Part shown: in pieces, positions 1 through 8,707 of the stretch
How positions within the stretch are numbered: the first letter of the stretch is position 1
Layout of the letters: the number at the start of each line of letters is the position of its first letter
Virus record (IMG/VR): IMGVR_UViG_3300047539_000071
Coordinates: 2,372 to 66,371 of that record
DNA length: 64,000 nucleotides
Strand: one strand, 5' to 3'
Origin: a virus
Taxonomy: Duplodnaviria > Caudoviricetes
Translations under genes and position numbers: made by a program
Notes under the pieces: generated by a model
The model's database searches: none
What the model was told of the DNA's origin: nothing
Seen by the model: only the letters and a program-made list of their open reading frames with translations

Positions 1-38
1 CGATAAACCAAGTTCTCGCAAGTCCGACCAGCACAAGG

Positions 39-341
39 CTAGGCTCCGCGCCGGTAGCTAAGTAAGAGTGCCGCGTAAGTGGCGAGGTCAAGGATCGTGT
101 CTTCAACGGTCTCGTCTGAAACCACGGCCTCCTTCTTGTCAATGAGTAGGGTCTTCAGCCGCGCGAACTTGTCGCTCATGCGGACTAGGATGCCCAGCTC
201 GCCGAACGTACGAAAATTCGCAAACGGGTCTTCATCCGAAGCGTAATCGGAATTCTTGGCGTATGTTAGCGCATACATCTGCTCGGTAATAGCTTTGAAA
301 TTCTGAAGGTACTCCGCGCGATTCCACTTGCCTGCGCTCAT
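39..341 (-). CDS. DUF1599-like nucleotide-modification-associated protein
   Basis: KNSDYA..DPFANF..G..GILVRMSDKFARL..ETVEDTILDLATY pattern; ATG at 341 overlaps the upstream stop. Confidence 0.65.
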   Translation of the reverse strand: MSAGKWNRAEYLQNFKAITEQMYALTYAKNSDYASDEDPFANFRTFGELGILVRMSDKFARLKTLLIDKKEAVVSDETVEDTILDLATYAALLLSYRRGA

Positions 342-562
342 AGCAACTTTCTCCTTTGTGCTTCCATCAGAAACAGGGCTTGTTCCCTGGTCATACCCGC
401 GAGGCTGCACACGTCCAAAAACGAATGTGTCAGCCGGGTGAGCCATTTGACCGCGCGCCGGATCAGATATGTCTCCACATCCGCACGACCCTCCGAATCC
501 ATCACTGCCTGCCGGATGACGGTTAGCCACAAAATCCTTTCGCGTTCGGAGACCTCAAGCAT
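338..562 (-). CDS. Hypothetical phage protein
   Basis: 74 aa, ATGA-coupled to the next gene. Confidence 0.55.
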   Translation of the reverse strand: MLEVSERERILWLTVIRQAVMDSEGRADVETYLIRRAVKWLTRLTHSFLDVCSLAGMTREQALFLMEAQRRKLL

Positions 563-1137
563 ACAGAGGCATTGTGCCCGAAGTTAAAGGCCGCGTCAAG
601 CTCTTTTGCCATGTCCTCAAAACGGTACAAAAACGAGGTCTCAGCTTCCTGCGCCGACCAAGGCCAGATCGTCTCGTCAAACGGGCAACATTCCGGGTAC
701 CAATTGCCGGGGGTAGTCATCAACCGTAAGTCCCTTGCTTCTGTCAGAAACATGCGTTTATCGAGAAGTTTCACGGCAATAGGCTCTTTCGGGGGAAGGC
801 CGAAGTGGGTAGTTATGGCATCCGTAAACTTCTCTTCGATCGCCCGGAAACGAGCCATTTCAGGCTGGTGTTTAAGTGGCGAAACCATATCGCCAATGTA
901 GGCTTCGCCGGCATCGTGGAGTAGGCCCCACATACGATCTGCCAGGGAGCACTTCAGGCTGATGCGGACGGAGTGCTCCGCGACAGAATAGAACTTGCGG
1001 ATATGGCCGTTGAAGCGGCATTGCATCGAAAGGGCGTGGGCGATATCGACGATGTCGATATCGTTGGGGTCTGGGTTCAGAACGTCAATCGTGCGCCCCG
1101 TAAATGTTCGGATGGTCGATCTCTCTGTGCTTGCCAT
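523..1137 (-). CDS. HD-domain phosphohydrolase (YfbR-like 5'-deoxynucleotidase)
   Basis: DIAHALS..CRFNGH..FYSVAEHS..LLHDAGEAYIGD motifs. Confidence 0.85.
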   Translation of the reverse strand: MASTERSTIRTFTGRTIDVLNPDPNDIDIVDIAHALSMQCRFNGHIRKFYSVAEHSVRISLKCSLADRMWGLLHDAGEAYIGDMVSPLKHQPEMARFRAIEEKFTDAITTHFGLPPKEPIAVKLLDKRMFLTEARDLRLMTTPGNWYPECCPFDETIWPWSAQEAETSFLYRFEDMAKELDAAFNFGHNASVCLRSPNAKGFCG

Positions 1138-1260
1138 CGCTCTCTCCGGTAATGGGTGATCCCGATTGCTGGGGTAACTAGCCTAGTTACCCAAATATCG
1201 GGTTCGTCTTCAGGGTAGTCTGTCTCGTAGTAGTCCAAGGGGGGAACCTCTACCTCTATT

Positions 1261-1536
1261 TTAAGCCTCGATTGGACCGTCCGGAAACGGCAGATTCAAT
1301 TGATCTTCCTGAGGCAAAAGCTCGCCCGCATTGGTTTCTGGCTCCATAATCTTCACAATTCCCCGGAGCATGTCCGGGATGTTTGTGATGTTGGCCATGA
1401 CATGGGTATCAAAGTTATCCTCGTTGTGCGCGACTATGCAGATGATATAGCCTGCCTCTTTTGCGCGCTCGACTAGCGTATTGGCGTACTCAATAACGGG
1501 CACGCCGTTTGCTGCCTTTGCCTCGTTGAATTTCAT
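1261..1536 (-). CDS. Hypothetical protein
   Basis: Start MKFNEAK at 1536, ATGA overlap with the upstream ORF. Confidence 0.5.
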   Translation of the reverse strand: MKFNEAKAANGVPVIEYANTLVERAKEAGYIICIVAHNEDNFDTHVMANITNIPDMLRGIVKIMEPETNAGELLPQEDQLNLPFPDGPIEA

Positions 1537-1796
1537 AGGTCTCCTTGGCGATATTCGATCCAATCCGCAGTAACTTGCCGGGAGTAATCGTGGACCGTCT
1601 GCTCGACGTCCCCTCCACCTTTTGCGCAGCGGATAAAGGGGGTTGATTCGAGCGTGTCCCTGATCACAGTCCCGAAGCCATAGACCCTCTCGGCGCCGCA
1701 GGAACGGCATTTGAACAGATGTGTGCTTCCTTGGCTCATCGTGATTTTAGCGACGGAAACCCTCCCCTTTGGGGTGGGAGGAGTCGCGTTCTCCAT
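1533..1796 (-). CDS. Small Cys-containing hypothetical protein
   Basis: CxxC (CRSC); operon-style coupling. Confidence 0.5.
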   Translation of the reverse strand: MENATPPTPKGRVSVAKITMSQGSTHLFKCRSCGAERVYGFGTVIRDTLESTPFIRCAKGGGDVEQTVHDYSRQVTADWIEYRQGDL

Positions 1797-1854
1797 GTAT
1801 TAAAACTCCGAAACTTACAATCTTCGGGCTTGTAACTTTGACCTAATCTCTTGC

Positions 1855-2430
1855 TTAAACGCATAGCCCACCCCACTGTTGCGCCATCGCATCCGCAATT
1901 CCCGGCAGCGTCCGGCTGCGCTCCTTCCACCTGTCCGGCCCCGGAGATGCATAATGAACTCGCGGTATACGTCCCTCAACAATCTTCGTCGGCACCAGTT
2001 TGGGCAGGTTCTTGAGCCACAGACACGTTGCCTTCGTCTCACCATGCCCGAATTGCCAAGGCTGGATGATCTGGTCGGGCTTGCGCCACTTCGTACTGAG
2101 CACGCCGATGGGGTTCTCAATAGCAATGCGCAGCGTATGCGATTCCCCAATCAATTTTACGAAGCCGATTGCATCTTTCTGCTCGTCTTCTTTCCCTGAA
2201 AACCATCGCGCCCCGCTTGAAGCTAGGTGAGTACATGGCGGATGAGCAATTATTAAGTCCCAATACCCACGGTTGTCTTCACCGAACAGACAGTCCACTA
2301 AGTCTTCCTGATAATGGAATTCGCTTTCGTCCTCGGCGGCCAGTAGATCGCAACTCCAAGCATCATGCCCTCTGGCCCGGAACGCCTCTCGCACCACGCC
2401 CGAAAACTCGCACGCCACAAGCACTCTCAT
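1855..2430 (-). CDS. Phage C5 DNA cytosine methyltransferase-like protein
   Basis: VLVACEFSG, AHPPC (PC motif), IENP, Q.WQFGH..TK.T.LW, RS.T motifs. Confidence 0.75.
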   Translation of the reverse strand: MRVLVACEFSGVVREAFRARGHDAWSCDLLAAEDESEFHYQEDLVDCLFGEDNRGYWDLIIAHPPCTHLASSGARWFSGKEDEQKDAIGFVKLIGESHTLRIAIENPIGVLSTKWRKPDQIIQPWQFGHGETKATCLWLKNLPKLVPTKIVEGRIPRVHYASPGPDRWKERSRTLPGIADAMAQQWGGLCV

Positions 2431-2735
2431 TCCTCCACTCTCTTTTCCTTGGTCAAGCCCAACCTTTTAGGTTGGGTAGTTGACTTCTTGTTTTTCTCCG
2501 TGTACCAAATGGGAGGACGACCAGGACCGCCCGCCTTCCACGCCGCGGTACCTTCCTTGGTACGGCGTCTCGTTTTGAGACTGTTTCCGCAGTCCCTGCA
2601 AAACTTTGCATATGGAGAGCTACCGCGAGGGCTCGGGCAGTTGATGCAGAGGCCCTTGCGGTAGTTTGAGACCTTGTATCGTAACGATCGGCCCATGTTC
2701 TCCGTTCCCTTCGGCTTGCCTTTCCGTGTTGCCAT
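2427..2735 (-). CDS. Basic zinc-finger hypothetical protein
   Basis: CxxC..CxxC; ATG 5 nt downstream of a -10 box. Confidence 0.55.
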   Translation of the reverse strand: MATRKGKPKGTENMGRSLRYKVSNYRKGLCINCPSPRGSSPYAKFCRDCGNSLKTRRRTKEGTAAWKAGGPGRPPIWYTEKNKKSTTQPKRLGLTKEKRVEE

Positions 2736-2740
2736 GTGCC

Positions 2741-2770
2741 ACGGTACCAGTAACCTCGATTCGGTGTCAA
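2741..2770 (-). promoter_or_regulatory. Leftward sigma70-type promoter
   Basis: TTGACA-N18-TACCGT with extended TG. Confidence 0.6.
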
Positions 2771-2864
2771 TAAAAAAATGCAGGTACAATCAAGTTAACC
2801 GCGTCGGCCCGTTCAAACAGCCCACCTGGACCCCTCTTTGGTCCGCGGACGGCGCGGAATTTTA

Positions 2865-2894
2865 TTGACATAATTGTCAGATCCTTGCTACATT
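2865..2894 (+). promoter_or_regulatory. Rightward sigma70-type promoter of the replication operon, with overlapping palindrome
   Basis: TTGACA-N18-TACATT with extended TG; TGACA-TAAT-TGTCA palindrome at 2866-2879. Confidence 0.65.
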
Positions 2895-2926
2895 CTTCTT
2901 ACGGGTCGGCGTCACTGAGACAAATT

Positions 2927-4945
2927 ATGGAACGAGTAAACCTCTGGATCGACATCGAAAGCCGGTCTGAGCTGGACTTGAAAGAAGTCGGGCTCGACAA
3001 TTACTCAAAACACCCTTCAACCCAAATCACCCTATTCGGGTGGTGCATCAACGACGCCTTGCCTACTATGTGGCGCCCCTGGGAGCGCCCGGAAGCGCCG
3101 GAAGAGCTTCGGCTCATGCTGACGCGGCCTGAAATCTATAAATTCTGTTTCAACAGTCAATTCGAGCAAACCATGCTCCGGGCATGCTTAGGGATTGACA
3201 TTCCTACTGAGCAATTCGTGGACGTGGCTACCCACTGCAAATACGCGTCCATTGCCGGCAACCTCGAGTTCTGCGGCGATGTGATTGGCATCGATGCGGA
3301 CGACGCGAAGATGGCAATCGGGAAGTCGCTGATTGCGAAGTTCTGCAAGCCTAAGAAGATAACCAAAAAGGATCCGACCGGCGGTTTCAGCGACTGGAAT
3401 TCGCACCCTGAAGAATGGGCGCAGTTTGAGGCTTACTGCGCGAACGACATTATTGCAGAGCGTGCAATCTTCTACAAACTGAAGGCGTTTCAGTTGCCGC
3501 CGAACGAGCGGAAGATTTGGTGCCTGGATCAGAAAATCAACACGCGCGGAATTCCGATCGATACAAAGTTCGTGGCGAACTGCGACAAGTTCGTCGAGGA
3601 CGAGAAGAGTCTTTTGATGAAAGAGTTCCGCGACCTAACGGGGCTCGAGAATCCAAACTCGGTGAAACAACTGCTGGGATGGTTGAAGACGAAAGGCTAT
3701 CCGTACAATAGCCTGGGGGCGCCACGCGTCAAGGCGGCTCTCGAGGCCAGCAAAGCGTGTGCCGCGTCAGATGCGATGCCAACAGCGGGGGAGCGGGCGT
3801 TAGAACTCCGTCAGTTGCTCGCTAAGTCGAGCACCGCGAAATTGCAAGCAATCAAAGATCTGATCGGTGCCGATGACCGGTTGCGGTTTCAGTATGTCTA
3901 CGGCGGGGCAGCCCGCACGCTACGCTGGTCGGGACGAGGCGCACAGCCGCAAAATTTTCCTCGCCCTTCAATCAAAGATGTGGAAGGAGCAACCAATGCG
4001 ATTCTTGCGGGCGATCTTACTGCCCTGCGCACTTGCGGGCCTGTGCTTGGCGCCGTTTCTAGCTGCCTCCGTGGGGCTATCAAAGCAGAAACGGGAAAGG
4101 TTCTTGTTGCGTGTGATCTTTCCTCTATCGAAACCGTAGGCTCCGCGTGGCTGACCGACTGCACGCCGCTGCTGGCTGTCTTCGCAGCGGGCAAAGACCC
4201 GTACATCGATTTCGCCACGAAGATGTTTGGCGTGCCCTACGAGGTTGTAACGAAGGAACAGCGACAGATGAGTAAGCCTGCCGTGCTCGGGGCCTGCTAT
4301 GGGCTCGGGGGCGGGGAAATGGGCGTCGATACAGCGGGCGACGATATCCGCACCGGGTTGTGGGGTTATGCGCTCAACATGGGCCAGGATTTACCGCAAG
4401 ACTTCTGCCATGACTGCGTGAAGACCTACCGCGATGTCTACTCGGAAATTAAAGATCAGTGGCGGCAGCTTGAAATGGCCGCCGGCAAAGCATGCCTTGA
4501 GGGCAAGCGGTACACCGCATGCCGCTGTCACTTCGATGCCGTGCCTGGGAAGATCCTCTACATCACTCTACCTAGCGGGCGGCGATTACATTACCTGAAA
4601 CCGAAAGTGAGCGAGTATTTGTGGTTCGGAAAACCGAGCTACAAAATCTCTTACGAGAACAATATTCTCGGCGGCTGGGGCCGAGTTCACACCTTCGGCG
4701 GAAAGATTCTGGAGAATATAGTGCAAGCCTTTTCTCGCGACATTTTGACGGCAGGGATGCTGCGGGCCACTGAATTAGGTTTCTCCATCATCATGCACTC
4801 TCACGACGAGATCGTGGCGGAAGAGACGATCGGATCATCTTTGAATGGCGAGAAGCTGCGCGAGGCAATGGTGGCGCCGCAGGCATGGGCGCCAGGACTT
4901 CCACTGAAAGCAGAACCGTCCGAATCAGAAAGGTATAAGAAATAA
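2927..4945 (+). CDS. polA: Family A DNA polymerase (phage type)
   Basis: Exonuclease motifs DIE, FE, YCAND; motif A DLSSIE, motif B RQMSKPAVLGACYG, motif C HDE. Confidence 0.95.
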   Translation: MERVNLWIDIESRSELDLKEVGLDNYSKHPSTQITLFGWCINDALPTMWRPWERPEAPEELRLMLTRPEIYKFCFNSQFEQTMLRACLGIDIPTEQFVDVATHCKYASIAGNLEFCGDVIGIDADDAKMAIGKSLIAKFCKPKKITKKDPTGGFSDWNSHPEEWAQFEAYCANDIIAERAIFYKLKAFQLPPNERKIWCLDQKINTRGIPIDTKFVANCDKFVEDEKSLLMKEFRDLTGLENPNSVKQLLGWLKTKGYPYNSLGAPRVKAALEASKACAASDAMPTAGERALELRQLLAKSSTAKLQAIKDLIGADDRLRFQYVYGGAARTLRWSGRGAQPQNFPRPSIKDVEGATNAILAGDLTALRTCGPVLGAVSSCLRGAIKAETGKVLVACDLSSIETVGSAWLTDCTPLLAVFAAGKDPYIDFATKMFGVPYEVVTKEQRQMSKPAVLGACYGLGGGEMGVDTAGDDIRTGLWGYALNMGQDLPQDFCHDCVKTYRDVYSEIKDQWRQLEMAAGKACLEGKRYTACRCHFDAVPGKILYITLPSGRRLHYLKPKVSEYLWFGKPSYKISYENNILGGWGRVHTFGGKILENIVQAFSRDILTAGMLRATELGFSIIMHSHDEIVAEETIGSSLNGEKLREAMVAPQAWAPGLPLKAEPSESERYKK

Positions 4946-5646
4946 TGAAGATACTAGGGCTTGACACCGAAACGACCGGCTTAAATCCTCAGACCGACTC
5001 CATCACTGAAGTCGGGCTCGTGCTCTTCGACACAGAAGTACGTGTGCCGGTTCGCGTTTCCGGCTTTCTGGTCAAGGGCGGTTTCATCAGCGAAGAGATT
5101 ACGCGCGTCACCGGGCTTACCAACGAACTTACCGCCGAGTACGGTTACACGCAGCAGCTGGCGTGTAAAGCAATCGCGCATATGGCCCTTGGGGCAGATT
5201 ACTTCTGCGCTCACAATGCCCCGTTTGACCGCGGCTTTGTTAGCGAGATGTTCCGCAAAGAGAAGATGGAATCCCCCCTGAAGCCTTGGATTGACACCCG
5301 CACCGACTTGCCGCCGGAGGCATACAAAAAGGGGAAGAGCGCTTCGCTGAAGTACCTCTGCTGCGACCACGCTATCTACTACCACGCCCACCGTGCAGTC
5401 AACGACGTTCTCGCCATGCTGGAGCTCCTCTCCCGCTATGATCTCGACACCATCTGTGAACGTGCTGCCACTCCCAATGTGGAAGTGCGCGCAGTGGTCT
5501 CGTTTGACGATAAGCAGCTGGCGAAGGAACGATCATATTATTGGAAGCCAGAACTCAAGCAATGGCGGAAGCCAATGAAGGCCAACGAAGTAGAACGAGA
5601 AAAGAACGAAGCGCCGTTCCCCGTCATTCTGATCGAGGGCGAATAA
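4945..5646 (+). CDS. DEDDh 3'-5' exonuclease (DnaQ-like)
   Basis: LDTETTG, AHNAPFD, HRAVNDV. Confidence 0.9.
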   Translation: MKILGLDTETTGLNPQTDSITEVGLVLFDTEVRVPVRVSGFLVKGGFISEEITRVTGLTNELTAEYGYTQQLACKAIAHMALGADYFCAHNAPFDRGFVSEMFRKEKMESPLKPWIDTRTDLPPEAYKKGKSASLKYLCCDHAIYYHAHRAVNDVLAMLELLSRYDLDTICERAATPNVEVRAVVSFDDKQLAKERSYYWKPELKQWRKPMKANEVEREKNEAPFPVILIEGE

Positions 5647-5852
5647 TGAAAATCGACATAGGAACCCTACGGCGACGGTTGTTTATTCCGATCAATCACG
5701 AGTGGAACGGCATTGTTCGTGGCATAACGGCTGAGTATGAGTACGACAAAAAAGTGGATGTAGAGTTGGTGTGCGATGCTATGGCTAGGTTTTATAAAAA
5801 CCGCGCCACCATAGCCCGGATGATGCGAGAGTGGCGGGAGGTACTAAAATGA
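5646..5852 (+). CDS. Hypothetical protein
   Basis: TAATG coupling, 68 aa. Confidence 0.5.
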   Translation: MKIDIGTLRRRLFIPINHEWNGIVRGITAEYEYDKKVDVELVCDAMARFYKNRATIARMMREWREVLK

Positions 5853-5947
5853 CGCCAGAACTTAGTGGCGCAATCGCAACTTTAGTCAACGTAATCACGG
5901 CGGGCGTGGTAATCTTGATCTTCGCCTTTATCTGGAGGAATATGTGA
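5849..5947 (+). CDS. 32-aa membrane peptide
   Basis: MTPELSGAIATLVNVITAGVVILIFAFIWRNM; overlaps both neighbouring genes by 4 nt. Confidence 0.45.
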   Translation: MTPELSGAIATLVNVITAGVVILIFAFIWRNM

Positions 5948-6912
5948 GCACAATCACAAAGCTGTACGGAGGTCGAGCAACATGCACGTTCCGAGAGAAG
6001 GCACACACTTACAACTTCCTAGTTCCGAATGTTTGCGACAAACTCTGGCAACCTTCTGTGACTGGCGTTTTGGGAATGAAGGCCAAGCCTGCTCTGGTGG
6101 GTTGGGCGGCGAAAGAGTCTCTGAGCGTGGTTCGGCGCCGGCTCGGGGAGTATCAATCCGCAAACGGGGAAAACGCCCAGATGTTTCCGCACAACGTCTT
6201 AGAGTGGATAGCTGACGCGGAAGAAAACTGGCGGGAAGAGGACAGCAGCACCACCATCGGCACTGTCGCGCACCGATTCGCATATGAGGATCTCCGCTTC
6301 CGGTGCGGACTTACCAACACGAAACCGAAGTTCCCGATCGAACATGACCCAGTGTTAATGCCTGATTTTACGGCGGGCATGCTCGAGATGGCAAACAATT
6401 CCGCTGTCCAGGTCTTGCAGTACTTCGACGCGCACGACTTCAGGCCGTTACAGATGGAGCGCCCGTTATGGAGCCCTATTCGGGGCTTCTGCGGAACCCC
6501 GGATTTCATCGGGTACATCGACAACATACTCTCGGTCGCAGACTATAAGACTTCAAAGAAGATCTACGCCGAATATTGGGCACAGCTCTCCGCACTGCAA
6601 TTCATGTATGAAGAGGAGTTCGGCGGTTGCATCGCCCAAAGAGTGGCCATAAACATCCCGAAGGATGGGACCACGCTCCAGGTCGAGACGCGAAAGTTCG
6701 ACTACCGGCACGCCGAAGACCTCGGAATGTTCTTCAACTGCCTGGGCACATACCACTGGAATCGGGCCAATGATGACTTTGCAGCGGGTGACCCGGTCAG
6801 GGTGCTAGGAGACATATTTGGGGCGCACCCTCCGCTGGCATGGGCCACCCGTCCTGATGATCAACGACCAGACCAGCGGCGTGGGGTATTGACAGACGAT
6901 TGCCCCTTTTGA
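5944..6912 (+). CDS. PD-(D/E)XK exonuclease
   Basis: PSVTGVL, GTPD, ADYKTS, QLSA motifs. Confidence 0.8.
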   Translation: MSTITKLYGGRATCTFREKAHTYNFLVPNVCDKLWQPSVTGVLGMKAKPALVGWAAKESLSVVRRRLGEYQSANGENAQMFPHNVLEWIADAEENWREEDSSTTIGTVAHRFAYEDLRFRCGLTNTKPKFPIEHDPVLMPDFTAGMLEMANNSAVQVLQYFDAHDFRPLQMERPLWSPIRGFCGTPDFIGYIDNILSVADYKTSKKIYAEYWAQLSALQFMYEEEFGGCIAQRVAINIPKDGTTLQVETRKFDYRHAEDLGMFFNCLGTYHWNRANDDFAAGDPVRVLGDIFGAHPPLAWATRPDDQRPDQRRGVLTDDCPF

Positions 6913-6970
6913 TAGTCTCTTGAAGGCAGCTTTGCTGCTAAATTCAATCGCACAAATCAGGGAGTCACAA

Positions 6971-7495
6971 ATGCCTATTTACGCCCCCGAGTCAACCAGC
7001 TTTACCCCCGCAACAGCCGGCGAACAGCAAGGAGTCATCGCGAAAGTGGTGGATCTTGGCCTCGTTAAGTCGGAGTACAAGGGTAAGGAAACCATCAAAC
7101 CGAAGATCCAGGTGATCTGGCAGGTAACAGAGAAGGATGAGAAAAACCTTCCGAAGCGCGTCAGCCAGTTCTTCACGTTGTCCCTCGATCAGAAGGCCAA
7201 CCTTTACAAGTTCTGCATGCAACTGTTCGGAAAGGTTCCTGACAAGAGCTTCGACTTCTCGGAACTCGAAGGCACCAACCGGAACCTGTTGCTCGTCCCT
7301 TCCCCGGACGGCAAATATACTAACGTTGCCGGCATCTTGGCCCTAAAGCCGGGTCAGGCGAAGTTGAAAATCGTGCCGTTCGAAGTCAAGTCGAAAGTGG
7401 TAGGAGATCTGAAGCCCGCCGCGGCCATTCAGGGCGCCGCAGGCACCAAGATCACCGAAGCCGCTCCGATTACAGACGACGATATTCCGTTCTAG
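6971..7495 (+). CDS. Single-stranded DNA-binding protein
   Basis: Beta-rich core and acidic C-terminal DDDIPF tail; next to the exonuclease. Confidence 0.75.
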   Translation: MPIYAPESTSFTPATAGEQQGVIAKVVDLGLVKSEYKGKETIKPKIQVIWQVTEKDEKNLPKRVSQFFTLSLDQKANLYKFCMQLFGKVPDKSFDFSELEGTNRNLLLVPSPDGKYTNVAGILALKPGQAKLKIVPFEVKSKVVGDLKPAAAIQGAAGTKITEAAPITDDDIPF

Positions 7496-7638
7496 CCTAA
7501 TCTCTACGGCAAGGACGGAAGGGGGCGTACAGGCATAGGACTGAGCACTTCGAACCTCAGGTACCGCCTGACGCCTCCACCTCCCTCGACAACGAAGCAG
7601 CGGGCAGCGGACGATTGCGATGCAACGGAGGAAGTCTT

Positions 7639-7947
7639 ATGAGCGAGACGCGAAATATCATCGAAAAAATCCTCTTCAGAAGGGCACTCGAACACAAACT
7701 CGAAGGCTATACGCTCGTAACCGCTTTAGAAATCTCGGAGGCTTTGAAGTCTGAATATTGCTGCCCGGAATGTGCGGCACCTCTGGAATTGGCGAAGCAG
7801 CGCGTTACGATAGTAGAACGGCTGATGAAACTGTCCTACATCAAGGCCACACGCAATGCCAGTGTGGGTCAAGAAATTTTCGTTTGCCGCGATGATGTGA
7901 TTACGATGATTCACGAGTACGCCAAAGCTGACCAGGAGAAATCATGA
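7639..7947 (+). CDS. Hypothetical protein
   Basis: GGAGG upstream; CPEC motif. Confidence 0.55.
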   Translation: MSETRNIIEKILFRRALEHKLEGYTLVTALEISEALKSEYCCPECAAPLELAKQRVTIVERLMKLSYIKATRNASVGQEIFVCRDDVITMIHEYAKADQEKS

Positions 7948-8150
7948 GCCGCTCCACTATCTCTGCGGAACTGGAGGCTCGATCGAGAAAGAAAGAGGGC
8001 ATCTTTCTGATGCTGCTCGCCAAGTCTGAAAAGGAGTCAAAAGATTATGATCGAGGATGACGACTTAACAACGGCCTTCGTGATTCTGTGCCTCTGCTTT
8101 CTGCTGTTCATTGCAGGCAAAATAATCTTTCAAGGAAGCTGGTGGATCGC

Positions 8151-8699
8151 TTGAAAATCTGCGCGCACTGTGGAGACTCGAAACCCCTAGTGGAGTTCAA
8201 CGTACATGCGACGAACAAAGACGGACGGCGCTCCGACTGCCGTTTATGCCAGCGACTAGAACTGAAAGAGTGGCGAAAGAATAACCCCGCTGAAAACGCA
8301 GCCCGGGACAAGAGGGCGCGAGCTAAATACCGTGCGCTGCATCTAGAAGAGGAGAGAGCACGAATACGGCGAAACGGACCCTCCAATAAAGCCCGAAGGC
8401 GTGCTGCAAAAACCGGCGTGGGCGGGAGTCATACACCTAAAGAATTGGAAGCACTTAAACTCTTTTATGGCTGGAGCTGCGTAGCGTGCGGTCTAACTGA
8501 AGCAGAGATCACAACCCTCAACAGAAAATTGGTTGGAGATCACGTTTTACCTATCACTAAAAAAGGATCCAACAGCATCACCAACATACAGCCCTTGTGC
8601 CACGGTGTCGGAGGCTGCAACAACCGCAAAACTATCAAACATATCGACTATCGTCCTGACGCTGGATTGTGCTTTGCGATTATGAAACTAATGGGGTAA
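8151..8699 (+). CDS. HNH endonuclease
   Basis: CxxC pairs, DHVLP..GSNSITNIQPLC..CN. Confidence 0.85.
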   Translation: MKICAHCGDSKPLVEFNVHATNKDGRRSDCRLCQRLELKEWRKNNPAENAARDKRARAKYRALHLEEERARIRRNGPSNKARRRAAKTGVGGSHTPKELEALKLFYGWSCVACGLTEAEITTLNRKLVGDHVLPITKKGSNSITNIQPLCHGVGGCNNRKTIKHIDYRPDAGLCFAIMKLMG

Positions 8700-8707
8700 A
8701 CTCTCTT

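Noticed and set aside
523-4945. Diaminopurine (Z) genome system
   Set aside because: HD hydrolase and PolA are present but no PurZ or MazZ in the window
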